IMG/VR virus record: IMGVR_UViG_3300036908_000165
Span: 1-60,942 of that record
Strand: one strand, 5' to 3'
DNA: 60,942 nucleotides
From: a virus
Lineage: Duplodnaviria > Caudoviricetes
The notes below the pieces were generated by a model that saw only the letters and a list, made by a program, of their open reading frames with translations, searched no databases and had not been told where the DNA came from. A program made the position numbers and the translations under genes. Position 1 is the stretch's first letter, and every line of letters begins with the position of its first letter. Below are positions 36,328 to 46,840 of this stretch, one piece after another.

Positions 36328-38436
36328 TCACTGTAGACGCTCCAACGTCACATCATATTTGACCGTCGGCGTGCCGGTCACGCTTGTCGCGACAAGCGCC
36401 CATTGAACCGCCGTTGCCGCATCGGCATGAAGGGTCTCACAAGTTTGCTGGGCGGCGCCCAAATGGGTGTATTGCGGCGTGGCCGCAATGGCCGCCGTAA
36501 CGGTGTCGTTTTGTGAGTTCCCATTCGCCGTATATGAGGCCCATCCCTGAAAAGTTCCGGCTGTTCCGGCCACGGTCATCTCAAGAAAGAAACACATCCT
36601 GTAAGTTCCACCGCCCGGCGGCGCAGTGATAAGCGTCGAATAGCTGGTCCCCGCCGTTCCGCTGTACGATCCTTGGTTAACGCTCGCCACAGCTTCGACG
36701 ATTCTATTAAACGTTCCGGCTCCGCTTTTTTCGGCCATATAGGTCGGCGGCGCGCTTCCGGGGGTCCAATTCGATGACACCTCATTGTCGCTGAGGACGA
36801 CGTTGACGCTTGCGCTATCGTTGTAAATCCCGGCGGTTGCAGCCCCCGCGATCGCGTTGTCGCCGACGCGCCAAGTCTCGTTGACGTAATAGGCGTTGGA
36901 CGCATTCTCGAAGTCGATACCATATGTCCCAAGCCCCTGGGCATGCGTCGAGTTTAGCGACAGATTGCAATCGTTGTGCTCTATGGCGCCCTCGCCATAA
37001 GCCGGAAGGCCAGTGTTGGTCGTCGCCACAACAATACAACGCTGCGCAGAAGTGTTGACCGGAGCACCGATAGGTGGAGAATAGGCATTCTGAAATAGAT
37101 TATCGTGAATGTGGACTTTGAAGTGACCTTCTGCCGTGTCGTTAGCAATCTTAATGCCAACCGGCATAAGTTCAAAATAGTTGTTGTGAACTTCGGTTAC
37201 ATCTGGATTACTTAGATATAGACCCCCCACATTGCTTGCAAAGAACTGGTTAAGGTCAATCTCCATGTTGCCATAGTTATATGCAATGACTTCCCATGAA
37301 GTGAACCCTCCAAATAGGTTATTATGAAGCTTACCTTGAAAGCCCGCCGCTGGCGTATCGAAGATAATAGCGTTTGCGGCAGTCCACCCCCCAGAAAAGA
37401 CATTATCTTCAATATCCGAAGGGCCATTGATGCCGTGGAAATGGATGATCGACGTTGCCGCCGCTGTCTCGATGAATGCAAGATGCTGAAAACTTACATC
37501 ATAGGTGTAGTTGGCCGGGTTGCCTCCGGATTCAATTAAAAATTCATCTCCAGTTCCCGTATAACGTAGCGCTGATCCACCGGCTGTTGTACTTAAAGGC
37601 GCTTGTGGCGAAATGCCTTCAACACGAACGAATCCTGTGATGTTTAGAGTGGATGCGTGTGAACAAATATGTCCATTTGGAATTATTATTTGGCCCGCGC
37701 TTGAGGTGCTTTGTGTTTGCGCCGCGTTTATAGCTGCTTGAAGTGCCGCACTGTCGTCTGTTGAACCATCACACACGGCATTATATGGCGGCGACATTGG
37801 GTTGATGGGCGGGAAACCGCTGGCACCGGGCTCAAAGTCGCTGTTCGTCGGATTCCATGTCGGAACTTGCCCGGCCGTGTAGGTCGCGCTAGGCTTGTAA
37901 GCGAGGCCCTGAACCTTGGCGGCGTTCCCTACTGTGAGGCCCGAGGCCGTCCCTGTCAGGTTGGTCGCGACGCCGTCGAGCGGCGTCCCGAGTGCGCCGC
38001 CGTTGACGACCGGCGCGCCAGCCGAGCCGATAGCGATTTGCAGCGCCGCCTCAACACCAGCTCCGGCCGGGAAATGCTGCGCCACGCCGGCCCCACCCGT
38101 CCCACCGTAGAGTTGCGAGGTCGTCAGGCTGGGAAGCGCCGTTTGAAGCGGCGCCAACGAGTCGGCGAGGACGCCGTTGTTGTCCCACAGCACGCCGCCG
38201 TTCGTCGATGGAACGAGTGGCGTTTGGCCAGGCGCAATCGGTACGAGCGGCGCAATAGCGTCGCCAAGCTGCGTCACCGTCATCTTCTTGGAGACGCCGC
38301 CTTGGACAACATAGAGCAATTCACTGCCGGCGAGCGGCGTCGATACCTGCGGGCAGGTCGTCAGCGTGCCGCACTGCTGCGCCGCGGCGGGCGACGCGAT
38401 CAAAACAGCGACGAGAGCGATCTTCAGTCGGACCAC
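36328..38436 (-). CDS. Tailspike-like beta-helix protein with signal peptide
   Basis: CDGSTDDSAALQAAINAA pectate-lyase-type cap; Asn ladders; low-GC core. Confidence 0.75.
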   Translation of the reverse strand: MVRLKIALVAVLIASPAAAQQCGTLTTCPQVSTPLAGSELLYVVQGGVSKKMTVTQLGDAIAPLVPIAPGQTPLVPSTNGGVLWDNNGVLADSLAPLQTALPSLTTSQLYGGTGGAGVAQHFPAGAGVEAALQIAIGSAGAPVVNGGALGTPLDGVATNLTGTASGLTVGNAAKVQGLAYKPSATYTAGQVPTWNPTNSDFEPGASGFPPINPMSPPYNAVCDGSTDDSAALQAAINAAQTQSTSSAGQIIIPNGHICSHASTLNITGFVRVEGISPQAPLSTTAGGSALRYTGTGDEFLIESGGNPANYTYDVSFQHLAFIETAAATSIIHFHGINGPSDIEDNVFSGGWTAANAIIFDTPAAGFQGKLHNNLFGGFTSWEVIAYNYGNMEIDLNQFFASNVGGLYLSNPDVTEVHNNYFELMPVGIKIANDTAEGHFKVHIHDNLFQNAYSPPIGAPVNTSAQRCIVVATTNTGLPAYGEGAIEHNDCNLSLNSTHAQGLGTYGIDFENASNAYYVNETWRVGDNAIAGAATAGIYNDSASVNVVLSDNEVSSNWTPGSAPPTYMAEKSGAGTFNRIVEAVASVNQGSYSGTAGTSYSTLITAPPGGGTYRMCFFLEMTVAGTAGTFQGWASYTANGNSQNDTVTAAIAATPQYTHLGAAQQTCETLHADAATAVQWALVATSVTGTPTVKYDVTLERLQ

Positions 38437-38798
38437 AGGTAGCCTCCTACGCCGCCTTCAAGATGTAGTGGACAGTTGTTTTTCTCGAACAGGAACAGCG
38501 CGTGGTAGCTCGGCAGGACCGCGGAGTTGTAGAGCGCGACCGGATCTCTCGTGGCTCGAAACGCTTGGATTACGCCGAACGGCACGCCGGCGAACATCAT
38601 TATTACGGACCCGGAAGCGACGTAGAGCATCTGTGCCGCCTGGTCGTAGCCGACCGAAGAAATCGTGCTGAACGAGACAATCTGGTTGGGAAACTGGATC
38701 GTCCAACCGGCGTCGATCGACGGGCACGGCTCGGCCGGCGGGACCGCCGCGGCGGGCGTCGAGGTGAACAAAGCGAGCATGAGAGCGAGCCGACGCAT
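38424..38798 (-). CDS. KTSC-like protein with signal peptide
   Basis: STISSVGYDQAAQMLYV...FAGVP; MRRLALMLALF...AAA. Confidence 0.6.
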   Translation of the reverse strand: MRRLALMLALFTSTPAAAVPPAEPCPSIDAGWTIQFPNQIVSFSTISSVGYDQAAQMLYVASGSVIMMFAGVPFGVIQAFRATRDPVALYNSAVLPSYHALFLFEKNNCPLHLEGGVGGYLWSD

Positions 38799-38799
38799 T

Positions 38800-40257
38800 T
38801 CAATACCTCAACTGCGCGGAAAGCTGCTGCGTCTGGCCAGTGCCGATGCCAGACCCGTAGAATGTCTCGGTTGCGGTAAAACTCGTGTATTCGAGCGCCT
38901 GAAAATAATTCAAACCGACGTTGCCGTAACCGATGACGGTCGCGACTTCCGCCGCGACAGCAATTCCACTGGGCGTCATGCCGAGCGTCCCCAGGAATGG
39001 CGTCGAGACGCTATTGTAACCGATGCCGACTTGCGTGTATTGCGTCGAGCTTTGCGTACCAAAACAGGTGTAGATGACTTCAAACACATCTTCGGCCTGT
39101 CCTATAACGAACGTGAGCCGGTTGTTATTGCTCGCGTCGGCTGCGCGCCACGCGGCGGTCGCATAGGTCCAGCTCGCCTTACTATCCTGCGCCGTCAGGA
39201 CAACTGGCACGCGGTTGTATTGGTTCCACAGGCCAAGCCCCGCGCCGTTCGTCGGACCGCCGCTCGCCGCCGCGGGCTGCGGGTTGAATGTCACCGTCGC
39301 CGCGCCGGCGTCGCAAGCGATCGTACCGACGTAGAAGCCGTAGCCGGCAGCGGGGCCGTTGGTGATCGGCAGCGAGTTGACCAAGAAGCCTTGCACGCGA
39401 CTCAGGTTGAGCGAGCGAGCCGTGCTGCTCGTCCATGCCGGACCGCGCGACAGCGTCGCGACACCGGCCTTGAACCAGACGAACATGTCGTAAAGACCGC
39501 CGGCGACCGCGGCGGCGGGCGAGTTCACCGTGTCGCTGAGAACCTGGCTGATCTCGGGGAAAGTCGTCGAGCTCCACGCCGAGCCGCTCCACTGCGGCAC
39601 GGTAGCGCCGTTGAAAGGCGTCCAAATAAGTCCGCTGGCTCCGATCACGGCGCTTGCCAGCACCGGCACGCCGCTCGTCAGCGTCAGGCGGCCGTTTGGC
39701 GGCTGGGCGACGCCGGTTCCGGCGAGCGGCTGCCAGCCTGAAGCGCCGTAGCCCTCGAATGCGGCAAGCGTCGTGTTGTAGCGGATCGCGCCATTCGCCA
39801 CGCTGTTGCGCTGGCCCGTCGTGCCGGCGGGAACAACGATCTCGCCGGTTCCCGACATCGACAGGTCAGCGGCGAAAGCCGCGGCGCCGGTGACGGCCAG
39901 CGTGCCGCCGACGGATAGATTCCCGCCGAATGTTCCGTTACCCGAGACGCTCAGGCTGGCGAAGTTCCCCGGCGAGTTCGATCCCGGAGGCAACAACAGC
40001 CACGCGCCGCTGGCGCCGGTCGGCTCGATGACCGTCGAACCATTGTCGGTGGCCGTGCTCGTTGAATTGTACCAAAACCAGCCTTGCAGGCCATCGCCCT
40101 CGGAGGATCCCCCGAGCACGAACACTGCCATGTCGTCGAGCGCGGTGAAGGTGCGCAGTTGGGCGAAGTTCCGGACGACCTGGACGTAGGTGTTCAGCTG
40201 ATCCGCGTCGACCGAGCCTTGACCTTGCTGAGCGACTGTGGGGAGCGGAGGAGCCAT
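38800..40257 (-). CDS. Tail fibre protein
   Basis: PAGTTGQR, IRYNTTLAAFEGY and GRLTLTSGVPV fibre motifs. Confidence 0.75.
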   Translation of the reverse strand: MAPPLPTVAQQGQGSVDADQLNTYVQVVRNFAQLRTFTALDDMAVFVLGGSSEGDGLQGWFWYNSTSTATDNGSTVIEPTGASGAWLLLPPGSNSPGNFASLSVSGNGTFGGNLSVGGTLAVTGAAAFAADLSMSGTGEIVVPAGTTGQRNSVANGAIRYNTTLAAFEGYGASGWQPLAGTGVAQPPNGRLTLTSGVPVLASAVIGASGLIWTPFNGATVPQWSGSAWSSTTFPEISQVLSDTVNSPAAAVAGGLYDMFVWFKAGVATLSRGPAWTSSTARSLNLSRVQGFLVNSLPITNGPAAGYGFYVGTIACDAGAATVTFNPQPAAASGGPTNGAGLGLWNQYNRVPVVLTAQDSKASWTYATAAWRAADASNNNRLTFVIGQAEDVFEVIYTCFGTQSSTQYTQVGIGYNSVSTPFLGTLGMTPSGIAVAAEVATVIGYGNVGLNYFQALEYTSFTATETFYGSGIGTGQTQQLSAQLRY

Positions 40258-40258
40258 A

Positions 40259-40819
40259 TCACACCATGAACCACTTCTCGACGCCGGCGACGTACTGCCA
40301 CGTCGCGGGCGAAGCGGCGCCGAGCGTCGTAATCGGCGCGAGAATTGTTTGGCCGCTCGGCGCTACGAGCGTCAGCGCCGTAATCGTCTGGCTCGACGAC
40401 AGCGTCAGCATTTGACCGTCGATCGGCGCCGCCGGAAAGGTGATTGTTCCGGCGGCGAGCGTGCCGACAGGGTCGAGCAGCAGCGACGTGACGCCGTTAG
40501 CGACCTGGATCGCGAAGCCGGTGACAGGCGTCTGGTAGGAGTAGGTCGTCCCCAGCTTCAACCACGCGCCTTGGATAGCGCCGGTCGGAACGATGACCGT
40601 CGCGCCGTTGTCGGTGGCGAGGCTGGCGGCGCTGTACCAGAAGCGGCCACCCAGCCCATCGCCCGGCGTCGCGCCGCCCTGCACGTCGGCCAGCATGCCG
40701 GTGAGGCCGGTGAAGGTGCGCAGCTGCGCGAAGTTCGTCACCGTCTGGACGAACGTGTTCAGGTTGTCGCCCGAGACGACAGCAAAACCTTGAGCGAAGA
40801 CGGTAGGCAGCGGGTTCAT
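40259..40819 (-). CDS. Short tail fibre paralog
   Basis: N-terminal domain shared with 38800-40257 (LNTxVQxVxNFAQLRTFT). Confidence 0.7.
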   Translation of the reverse strand: MNPLPTVFAQGFAVVSGDNLNTFVQTVTNFAQLRTFTGLTGMLADVQGGATPGDGLGGRFWYSAASLATDNGATVIVPTGAIQGAWLKLGTTYSYQTPVTGFAIQVANGVTSLLLDPVGTLAAGTITFPAAPIDGQMLTLSSSQTITALTLVAPSGQTILAPITTLGAASPATWQYVAGVEKWFMV

Positions 40820-40945
40820 TTTTCTACCCTATCACAAGTCAGCCGCTTTTGTCTGTTCAACCGCCTCACCCCTCCATCATCGGCGCGCGGTCCGCCGCCT
40901 CCAGGAAGATGGCGAGGCAGAGGGTGATTGAAATGGCGACCCAGA

Positions 40946-42574
40946 TCATTTCACGCCGTATCCTGTTATATAGTATGGGAAGGATGATCCTATCCACGTG
41001 TTGAATGTTGAATCGGGCCCACCACTTCCATTTCCTAATAAATTGACATTTCCTGATACGGTCGGCACCGCCGATCCGGCCTGTGCTGAATAGAAACTAA
41101 AATAGAAACAGCCGCTCGGGTCAACCCAATTCCCAGACATATTCGTGTTTGTGTAATTTAACCCTGCGTCACCCGCAATAATCGATCCGCACGTTGCATC
41201 GTCAGCAGCGGGGTATAAGAGAGGCGCCGCATTGGAAATAAATACGTTTCCAACAAAATTTCCATTAGTTAATGTTTGTCCTGAGTACGTCGCCTGATTG
41301 CGGGTCAGCATCGATGTACCGCCATATTCATTGGAATTTAGGACTTCCGTATTATACGAAATATCCATATAGCCTTGGACATTAGCACCAGAGAAATTCG
41401 CGAATTGCGGGTCTCCATGCTCTATCGCGGAATTTAAGGTTCCTGGCGCGACGGCATTCGATTGAGTCAACGCATATACACCGACACCGTTGGTCGCCCC
41501 CGAGGTTTGACTGGAAATAAATGTGTTCGAGTATTCTGCCCCCGTTAAGGTTGGCGATGTCACCTTAGAGTGTGTTGTCCCAGGTACGATCCCTTGCGCG
41601 ATCGATGTCACAGTCAGCACATTTCCCACGACGCCATCATAGGTTCCCCCGCCCATCCCGTCATCAATGAATCCAGTGAATATACCCTGTAGCTGACCCA
41701 TCCCCTGTTCGTAGTTGTATCTCCACATTAACGACCCATATCCCGGCGAACTCCAATACGATTGGATCGTGTCAATAAACTCGTTGTATATAACGCATGC
41801 AGAATAAGATGTTGTGCACGGCCCAACTTGACTCAATAGACTAGACGGGTTGATCGCGGTCCAAAATATCATGCTTAACGCGCCGGGGTATAACGCGAGC
41901 CTCGCTATAGAGTTGCCATTAACGAGATTATTGCAGAATATCACCGGGCCACTACCGCCGAAAAACACAAAGTAATATTGATTTACCAAAGCGCAGTCCG
42001 AGTTCCATTTGAATATATTGTTGTGTACGTATTGTGTCCCGGTCACCGACGATGTAAAACTCAATACTACACAATTTTTGCCGCTGCTGCATACACCCCC
42101 AGCAAAGCTCGCACAACTGAAATCAAAACCGTTAAACTCCACACTGGCCGTGCCGGAGCATGTCAACGTGGAAGTTGAACTATTGTAGGCACAATGCGCC
42201 GGCAGGTTGCCACTGACGGTCGGATCGAGGAGCGTCGTCGGCGTTACACCGTTGGGGAGTGTGCTTGCATCAATTCCAACGGGGTAATCAACACCAGGGA
42301 CGTTTTGCGTCGGCCGCGTGATATAGATTTGACCGTTTTGTCTCGCGCAACCTAACTGGCCGGCCGTGCATGTTGCAGTGAAGAAATTTGGGTACTGATA
42401 AGTTCCAGTACTTGCAACCGGAGCACCAGGACATCCATCCGGCAGGGCGGTCCCGTAGGGGCACGCAGATCCAGACGAACCATGAAACGCGGCCATCGGT
42501 GATGGGCTCGTGAACACAAAGGCGATGAATATGAGAAGTCCCGGCGCGAGACTTGCGATGATACGATTCATCAT
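40946..42574 (-). CDS. Cys-rich, low-GC exported/receptor-binding-like protein
   Basis: Signal-like N-terminus; beta-rich S/T/N/G composition. Confidence 0.6.
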   Translation of the reverse strand: MMNRIIASLAPGLLIFIAFVFTSPSPMAAFHGSSGSACPYGTALPDGCPGAPVASTGTYQYPNFFTATCTAGQLGCARQNGQIYITRPTQNVPGVDYPVGIDASTLPNGVTPTTLLDPTVSGNLPAHCAYNSSTSTLTCSGTASVEFNGFDFSCASFAGGVCSSGKNCVVLSFTSSVTGTQYVHNNIFKWNSDCALVNQYYFVFFGGSGPVIFCNNLVNGNSIARLALYPGALSMIFWTAINPSSLLSQVGPCTTSYSACVIYNEFIDTIQSYWSSPGYGSLMWRYNYEQGMGQLQGIFTGFIDDGMGGGTYDGVVGNVLTVTSIAQGIVPGTTHSKVTSPTLTGAEYSNTFISSQTSGATNGVGVYALTQSNAVAPGTLNSAIEHGDPQFANFSGANVQGYMDISYNTEVLNSNEYGGTSMLTRNQATYSGQTLTNGNFVGNVFISNAAPLLYPAADDATCGSIIAGDAGLNYTNTNMSGNWVDPSGCFYFSFYSAQAGSAVPTVSGNVNLLGNGSGGPDSTFNTWIGSSFPYYITGYGVK

Positions 42575-44268
42575 GGGACCGTCACCACGATAGATGTTTT
42601 GTAGAAGGCCGCGATCGAGGTCGTACCCGCATTCTGCGATGTTGTGATGTCTGCGGAGGTCGGACCAGCGGCCACGCTGGAATTTGCAATTATCGCCGTG
42701 TCGGTCAGATCGTAGCAGGCGAACGCATTACCAAGGCCTCCGATGGTGATTCCACTCGATGCGGTGCTGGTTATGCCACATGTTGGCGGTGTTCCCGTCG
42801 CCGCCGATGCCTGAAACAATTGTGTTCGGGTATCGCCGGACGGAGCGGCAGTGTCGATCGCTGACCAAAGGTCTTTGATGTGCATTCCTATCGGGACGAC
42901 GCCCTCGCCAGCCGACTGCGTTGTAGAGTTGCTCATTGCTCCTTCAATGAGCGCGTATCGCGCTGCGATCAGCGTAGGTAGCGTGGTCCAGCTACCGAGC
43001 ATAATAGCGTTGTAGGCTGCGCTTGGCGTATATCGGGCAGATGCTGTTATAGCTTGCGCAGTCGGCGTGCCGTAGGGATAGAATGATAATGACACCGTAT
43101 CGCTAGCGTGTACCGTTACGGAAGATGTCAATACGTCATTGCATGATTTGGATGCACTGTAGATTACGCATGTACATGCTGTTAAGATCGTCGCCTGCAC
43201 GCCGCCGGCAACTGCGGATGTACATGTTGCCCCGCCACCTATTGGCGTGATAGCGCCATTCACGTAGAGCAGAACGGCATAACCCTTACTTGATGCTGGT
43301 GCATTTCCGGCTATCGCATATATCCGGTCGATCGCACCAACCGTCGCACCGGCAGTCGGACCGGGAATAATTGATGACACCAATGCTTCAGTGGTGTTAG
43401 GACCACTTGTGAAACCTACCCAATTCTGCGCACCGTTGGGGGCCGTCGCACCACTAAAGAATATCCCGCTTGTCCCATCTGGCGTGTGCAACACAAACGA
43501 CGCCGAACCACCCGCCACTGCGCCAGGCGATGAACTGTTGGGATCAGTCTTAAGAACAACTAGGTCCCCAGCCGTCACTGTGAGGGGACTATCCGCAGTG
43601 TCGTTGCAATAAGTTCCCGCCACAGTTATTGGACAATTTGTTATGCCGCCTATGCTTGTTGAGGCCGTCACGTTAAGTAGAGAGTTAATGTATTCCATAG
43701 CGCCAGTCAACGTAGCTGGCTCATTTACAGTGAGATTGCGTATCGTGCCACTAACCGGCATTGGTACTTCTGAGACCGATTCGGCAGTACTCCACGATTG
43801 ACCGCTCGGTGCTAGATAGCTTATTGCACTTGTGCTAGGCTGTGTATGCCCACCCATCACCACAGGTGTGTCCATGCCGGTGCCGGTGATCGTCTCTGGC
43901 TGCGTGTACGGGGAACCAGACGCCCCGGCGATCGTCGCGATGATGTTTATGCTGTAGGTACGCGAAAGAAGGACGCCCTGGGTTTCCAGATTTGCCGTTG
44001 CGACTTGAAAGGACGCTTGGTCGGTTCCGCTGATCGTCCACGTAGGACTGGCACACGATCCGGTAGTGCTGGCCGACATAGCGCTGACGACCGTACCGCT
44101 CGCCGCGAGCCCGGCAAACGAGGCGGCGCCGCTCGGACTGACGCTAACGATTACGCAGGAGCCGGCAACGGCCGGAGAACCAAGTCCCGCCCCCGTCAGC
44201 GCAAGCTGAGCGAGCGCGGGCGTCGCGAGAAGGCATAATGCGGCTAGGAGATAGCGCAAGGGGTGCAT
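42571..44268 (-). CDS. Cys-rich exported/structural protein
   Basis: MHPLRYLLAALCLLATPALA-Q signal peptide; cadherin/Ig-like segment. Confidence 0.6.
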   Translation of the reverse strand: MHPLRYLLAALCLLATPALAQLALTGAGLGSPAVAGSCVIVSVSPSGAASFAGLAASGTVVSAMSASTTGSCASPTWTISGTDQASFQVATANLETQGVLLSRTYSINIIATIAGASGSPYTQPETITGTGMDTPVVMGGHTQPSTSAISYLAPSGQSWSTAESVSEVPMPVSGTIRNLTVNEPATLTGAMEYINSLLNVTASTSIGGITNCPITVAGTYCNDTADSPLTVTAGDLVVLKTDPNSSSPGAVAGGSASFVLHTPDGTSGIFFSGATAPNGAQNWVGFTSGPNTTEALVSSIIPGPTAGATVGAIDRIYAIAGNAPASSKGYAVLLYVNGAITPIGGGATCTSAVAGGVQATILTACTCVIYSASKSCNDVLTSSVTVHASDTVSLSFYPYGTPTAQAITASARYTPSAAYNAIMLGSWTTLPTLIAARYALIEGAMSNSTTQSAGEGVVPIGMHIKDLWSAIDTAAPSGDTRTQLFQASAATGTPPTCGITSTASSGITIGGLGNAFACYDLTDTAIIANSSVAAGPTSADITTSQNAGTTSIAAFYKTSIVVTVP

Positions 44269-44279
44269 GGGGTTATGCC

Positions 44280-45254
44280 TCAAAACTGCGTGTACCAATA
44301 GTCAATGTCGACGCCGCCAGTGCCGGTCGATTTGATGCACATGCCGTGACCAGAAGTACCCTTGAAGCCGTTGAAGAACGGCGACATCTCGACTTCGCCA
44401 GTGTTGGCCGCTTCGGTCGCGATGCCCGTCAACTGAGAACCGAGGTTGCTGCAATTAGCGTTGGCGTCCGCCTCGTCCTCGAAATACCACGTCGCGACGC
44501 CCGCGGCCCGAGCGCGCCAACCGCAGAAATAAATCGTCTGCGAAGCGACGCCCTGAATGGCGAGCGTGTCGGTCGCCGACGTGATGTGCTTGAACGTGTG
44601 CTGGTCGCACTGGACCAAGCCCGCCGAATAGCCGCCCGTTGCGCCGGACTCCTTGGCAAGCACCTGGACGCCGTTGGCAGGAGCCGCGGCACCGGTCGCC
44701 CCGAGGCCCCAGCTCGCCGACGTCGTCGGATTGACTGTAACCGCTGTCGGCGGCGTCAGCGTCGTGATCTGCGCCGCCGTGAGAACGACCGGAGCGGAAT
44801 TGGCGGCGAGTTGCTGACCAAGCGCGTAAGTCGCGCCGCCGATCTGCGTCTCGTTGAAACTCCAAGGACCGCCGATCTGATCGACGCCTCCGATGTCGAC
44901 GCCGGTTCCGGATTGGGCCGCGAGTGGATTCTTGGCGACGGTGTAGATGCCCTTCTCGACCGAGATCAGCGTCGCGTTGCCGGAGCCGCTCCACGCCGCA
45001 TCAGCAGTCGTGCCGAGATCAACGATCGAGCCTGTGGCGTATGCGCCGGCAACGGCTGTGACCGCGCCGCCCCCGCCTCCACCCCCACCGCTACTGCAAA
45101 GGTCCCCGGTCAGATTCATCGTGATAGGGAACGACTGTCCTGCCACCAGGGTCTGGTTGCCGCACGAGGCGACCGTGTAGGCCGACATCGTCTGTGCCTG
45201 CGCCGATGCGCATAGACAAGCCGCTGCGAAAGCGGCGAACAGGATTCTCTTCAT
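44280..45254 (-). CDS. Exported/structural protein
   Basis: MKRILFAAFAAACLCASAQA-Q; ATGA overlap with the upstream gene. Confidence 0.65.
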   Translation of the reverse strand: MKRILFAAFAAACLCASAQAQTMSAYTVASCGNQTLVAGQSFPITMNLTGDLCSSGGGGGGGGAVTAVAGAYATGSIVDLGTTADAAWSGSGNATLISVEKGIYTVAKNPLAAQSGTGVDIGGVDQIGGPWSFNETQIGGATYALGQQLAANSAPVVLTAAQITTLTPPTAVTVNPTTSASWGLGATGAAAPANGVQVLAKESGATGGYSAGLVQCDQHTFKHITSATDTLAIQGVASQTIYFCGWRARAAGVATWYFEDEADANANCSNLGSQLTGIATEAANTGEVEMSPFFNGFKGTSGHGMCIKSTGTGGVDIDYWYTQF

Positions 45255-45892
45255 GTCATCCACCTGCAAAGGAAAGCCTGGCCGGTCGTCGCGCCGAACA
45301 CCGCGATCGCGTCGGTGAAGCACGACGTGCCGTTGAGCAGATACGGCGCGCTGGCCGCCGACAGCAGCATCCCCGACGTCGCCGACGGAACCGCGCAGCC
45401 ATAGGGGTCGAGATCGCTGTTCATGATGAAGACGTAGGGCGCGATCGCGTAGCCGGCGCCGGGATCGTCGATGACGATCGACGAGATGGACAGATTCGGC
45501 GCCGAGCCGGTCATCACGCAGTGGGCGCATGCGACGCGTCCGGCGACGATCGACGAGTTGGGCCCGTCGCCGCCCGGCTGGTTGAGCCCGAGGAAAGCCG
45601 TGTTGCCGGAATAACCGCCGCCGGCGAAGCGCACGACCGGCGGCTTGGAGAAGTTGAAGCCGGCGTTCGTCACGGCGATCGACGTGATCGCGCCGCTGGT
45701 GATCGTCGCAGCCGCGCGCGCCGAGCCGAAATCGAACCACAGCGGCCCCGCCGACACATTCTGCAGCATCAGGAAGGAGCGCGACGGCGTCACCGGCAGG
45801 ATCAACTGCGGCGTGCCGCCCGCTACGATCGCGCCGTCCGCGGTGAAGAGAGGATGGCGTTTGGCTTGGTTGCCTGAGCCCACAAGTTGCAT
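45251..45892 (-). CDS. Structural protein with TNxGxxY repeats
   Basis: AAGGA RBS; ITSIAVTNAGFNFSKPP. Confidence 0.65.
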   Translation of the reverse strand: MQLVGSGNQAKRHPLFTADGAIVAGGTPQLILPVTPSRSFLMLQNVSAGPLWFDFGSARAAATITSGAITSIAVTNAGFNFSKPPVVRFAGGGYSGNTAFLGLNQPGGDGPNSSIVAGRVACAHCVMTGSAPNLSISSIVIDDPGAGYAIAPYVFIMNSDLDPYGCAVPSATSGMLLSAASAPYLLNGTSCFTDAIAVFGATTGQAFLCRWMT

Positions 45893-45955
45893 CGGATTTT
45901 GTCCTTTTCGCCTTTAGAGGGCTTGACAGCTTTCAATACTATAGTATGGATACGC

Positions 45956-46285
45956 CTACGCTCGGCGGCGGGTCTCCAAGTAGGCGACGGGGAGAATCGT
46001 GAAGGCGGACCCGGCAAGCAGGACGTAGAGCGAGAACATCGTCTGGCTGAGCATCGCCATGACGGCGAGAACGAACGAAAAGAGCAGGGCGAGCAGGAGC
46101 AGCGCGCGGGCGCTCAGCACGTAGGCGAGAGCCTTGAAGGCGGCAACCATTGCGTCATGCGTCGAAGAGTCCGGTTCCGCCGGCGGGATCTGGGGCGCCG
46201 GGCTCGGCGGGTTCGGAACTGCTCTCGGCCGCTGGGGGACGTCCTCGACGCTTAGGCGTCTCACTGAACTGTCGCTTGATGTCAT
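45956..46285 (-). CDS. Two-TM membrane protein
   Basis: Hydrophobic C-terminal half; overlaps 46155-46481. Confidence 0.5.
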   Translation of the reverse strand: MTSSDSSVRRLSVEDVPQRPRAVPNPPSPAPQIPPAEPDSSTHDAMVAAFKALAYVLSARALLLLALLFSFVLAVMAMLSQTMFSLYVLLAGSAFTILPVAYLETRRRA

Positions 46286-46481
46286 CGAACTTGGTCTTCC
46301 CTCGCTCCGGCGGCTTCAGCACATTACGCGTCTTGGCCCAGTCGACCACCGCCTGGAACGCCTTGACGCGGTCCGCGAGCTCGACTTTCGCCGGCTCGGC
46401 GCCCTCCACCTTAGCACCGAACCCGGCGGCGTCCAACAGGCTGGCGGCCGCGGCGTCGATCGTGTCGAGAAGGTCGATCAT
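46155..46481 (-). CDS. Hypothetical protein
   Basis: ATGA overlap; GC3 bias. Confidence 0.55.
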   Translation of the reverse strand: MIDLLDTIDAAAASLLDAAGFGAKVEGAEPAKVELADRVKAFQAVVDWAKTRNVLKPPERGKTKFDDIKRQFSETPKRRGRPPAAESSSEPAEPGAPDPAGGTGLFDA

Positions 46482-46816
46482 TGTCGGTCACGATAGACGG
46501 CCCCAGGATCTTCAATAAGCGCATTTAGCCGGCGCTTCACACGTTCGAGTATCGAAAACAACATATACGCATACCACACAGCTTTTTTCGGAGTGCCTAA
46601 TATTCCGCTAATGTGATTAAGCACTTCATCCTGTATCAACACTATGGCGTCTGAATCTAAATTGGCCGAATCTGCATTCAACGTGCCAACTACGCTCACA
46701 AAAAGCGAGCATGTTTTTTGTTCTAAGATACCACTATCGAGTTTTTCCCACCCCTCTAAGTCCATTACGCTTATGATTTTACCAGTTTTTGTTTTTACCG
46801 AGAATAATTCTTTCAT
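46478..46816 (-). CDS. AT-rich moron-like gene
   Basis: AGGAG RBS; composition differs from neighbours. Confidence 0.6.
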   Translation of the reverse strand: MKELFSVKTKTGKIISVMDLEGWEKLDSGILEQKTCSLFVSVVGTLNADSANLDSDAIVLIQDEVLNHISGILGTPKKAVWYAYMLFSILERVKRRLNALIEDPGAVYRDRQ

Positions 46817-46840
46817 AGCGGCCTACTCCTATATAATCTG

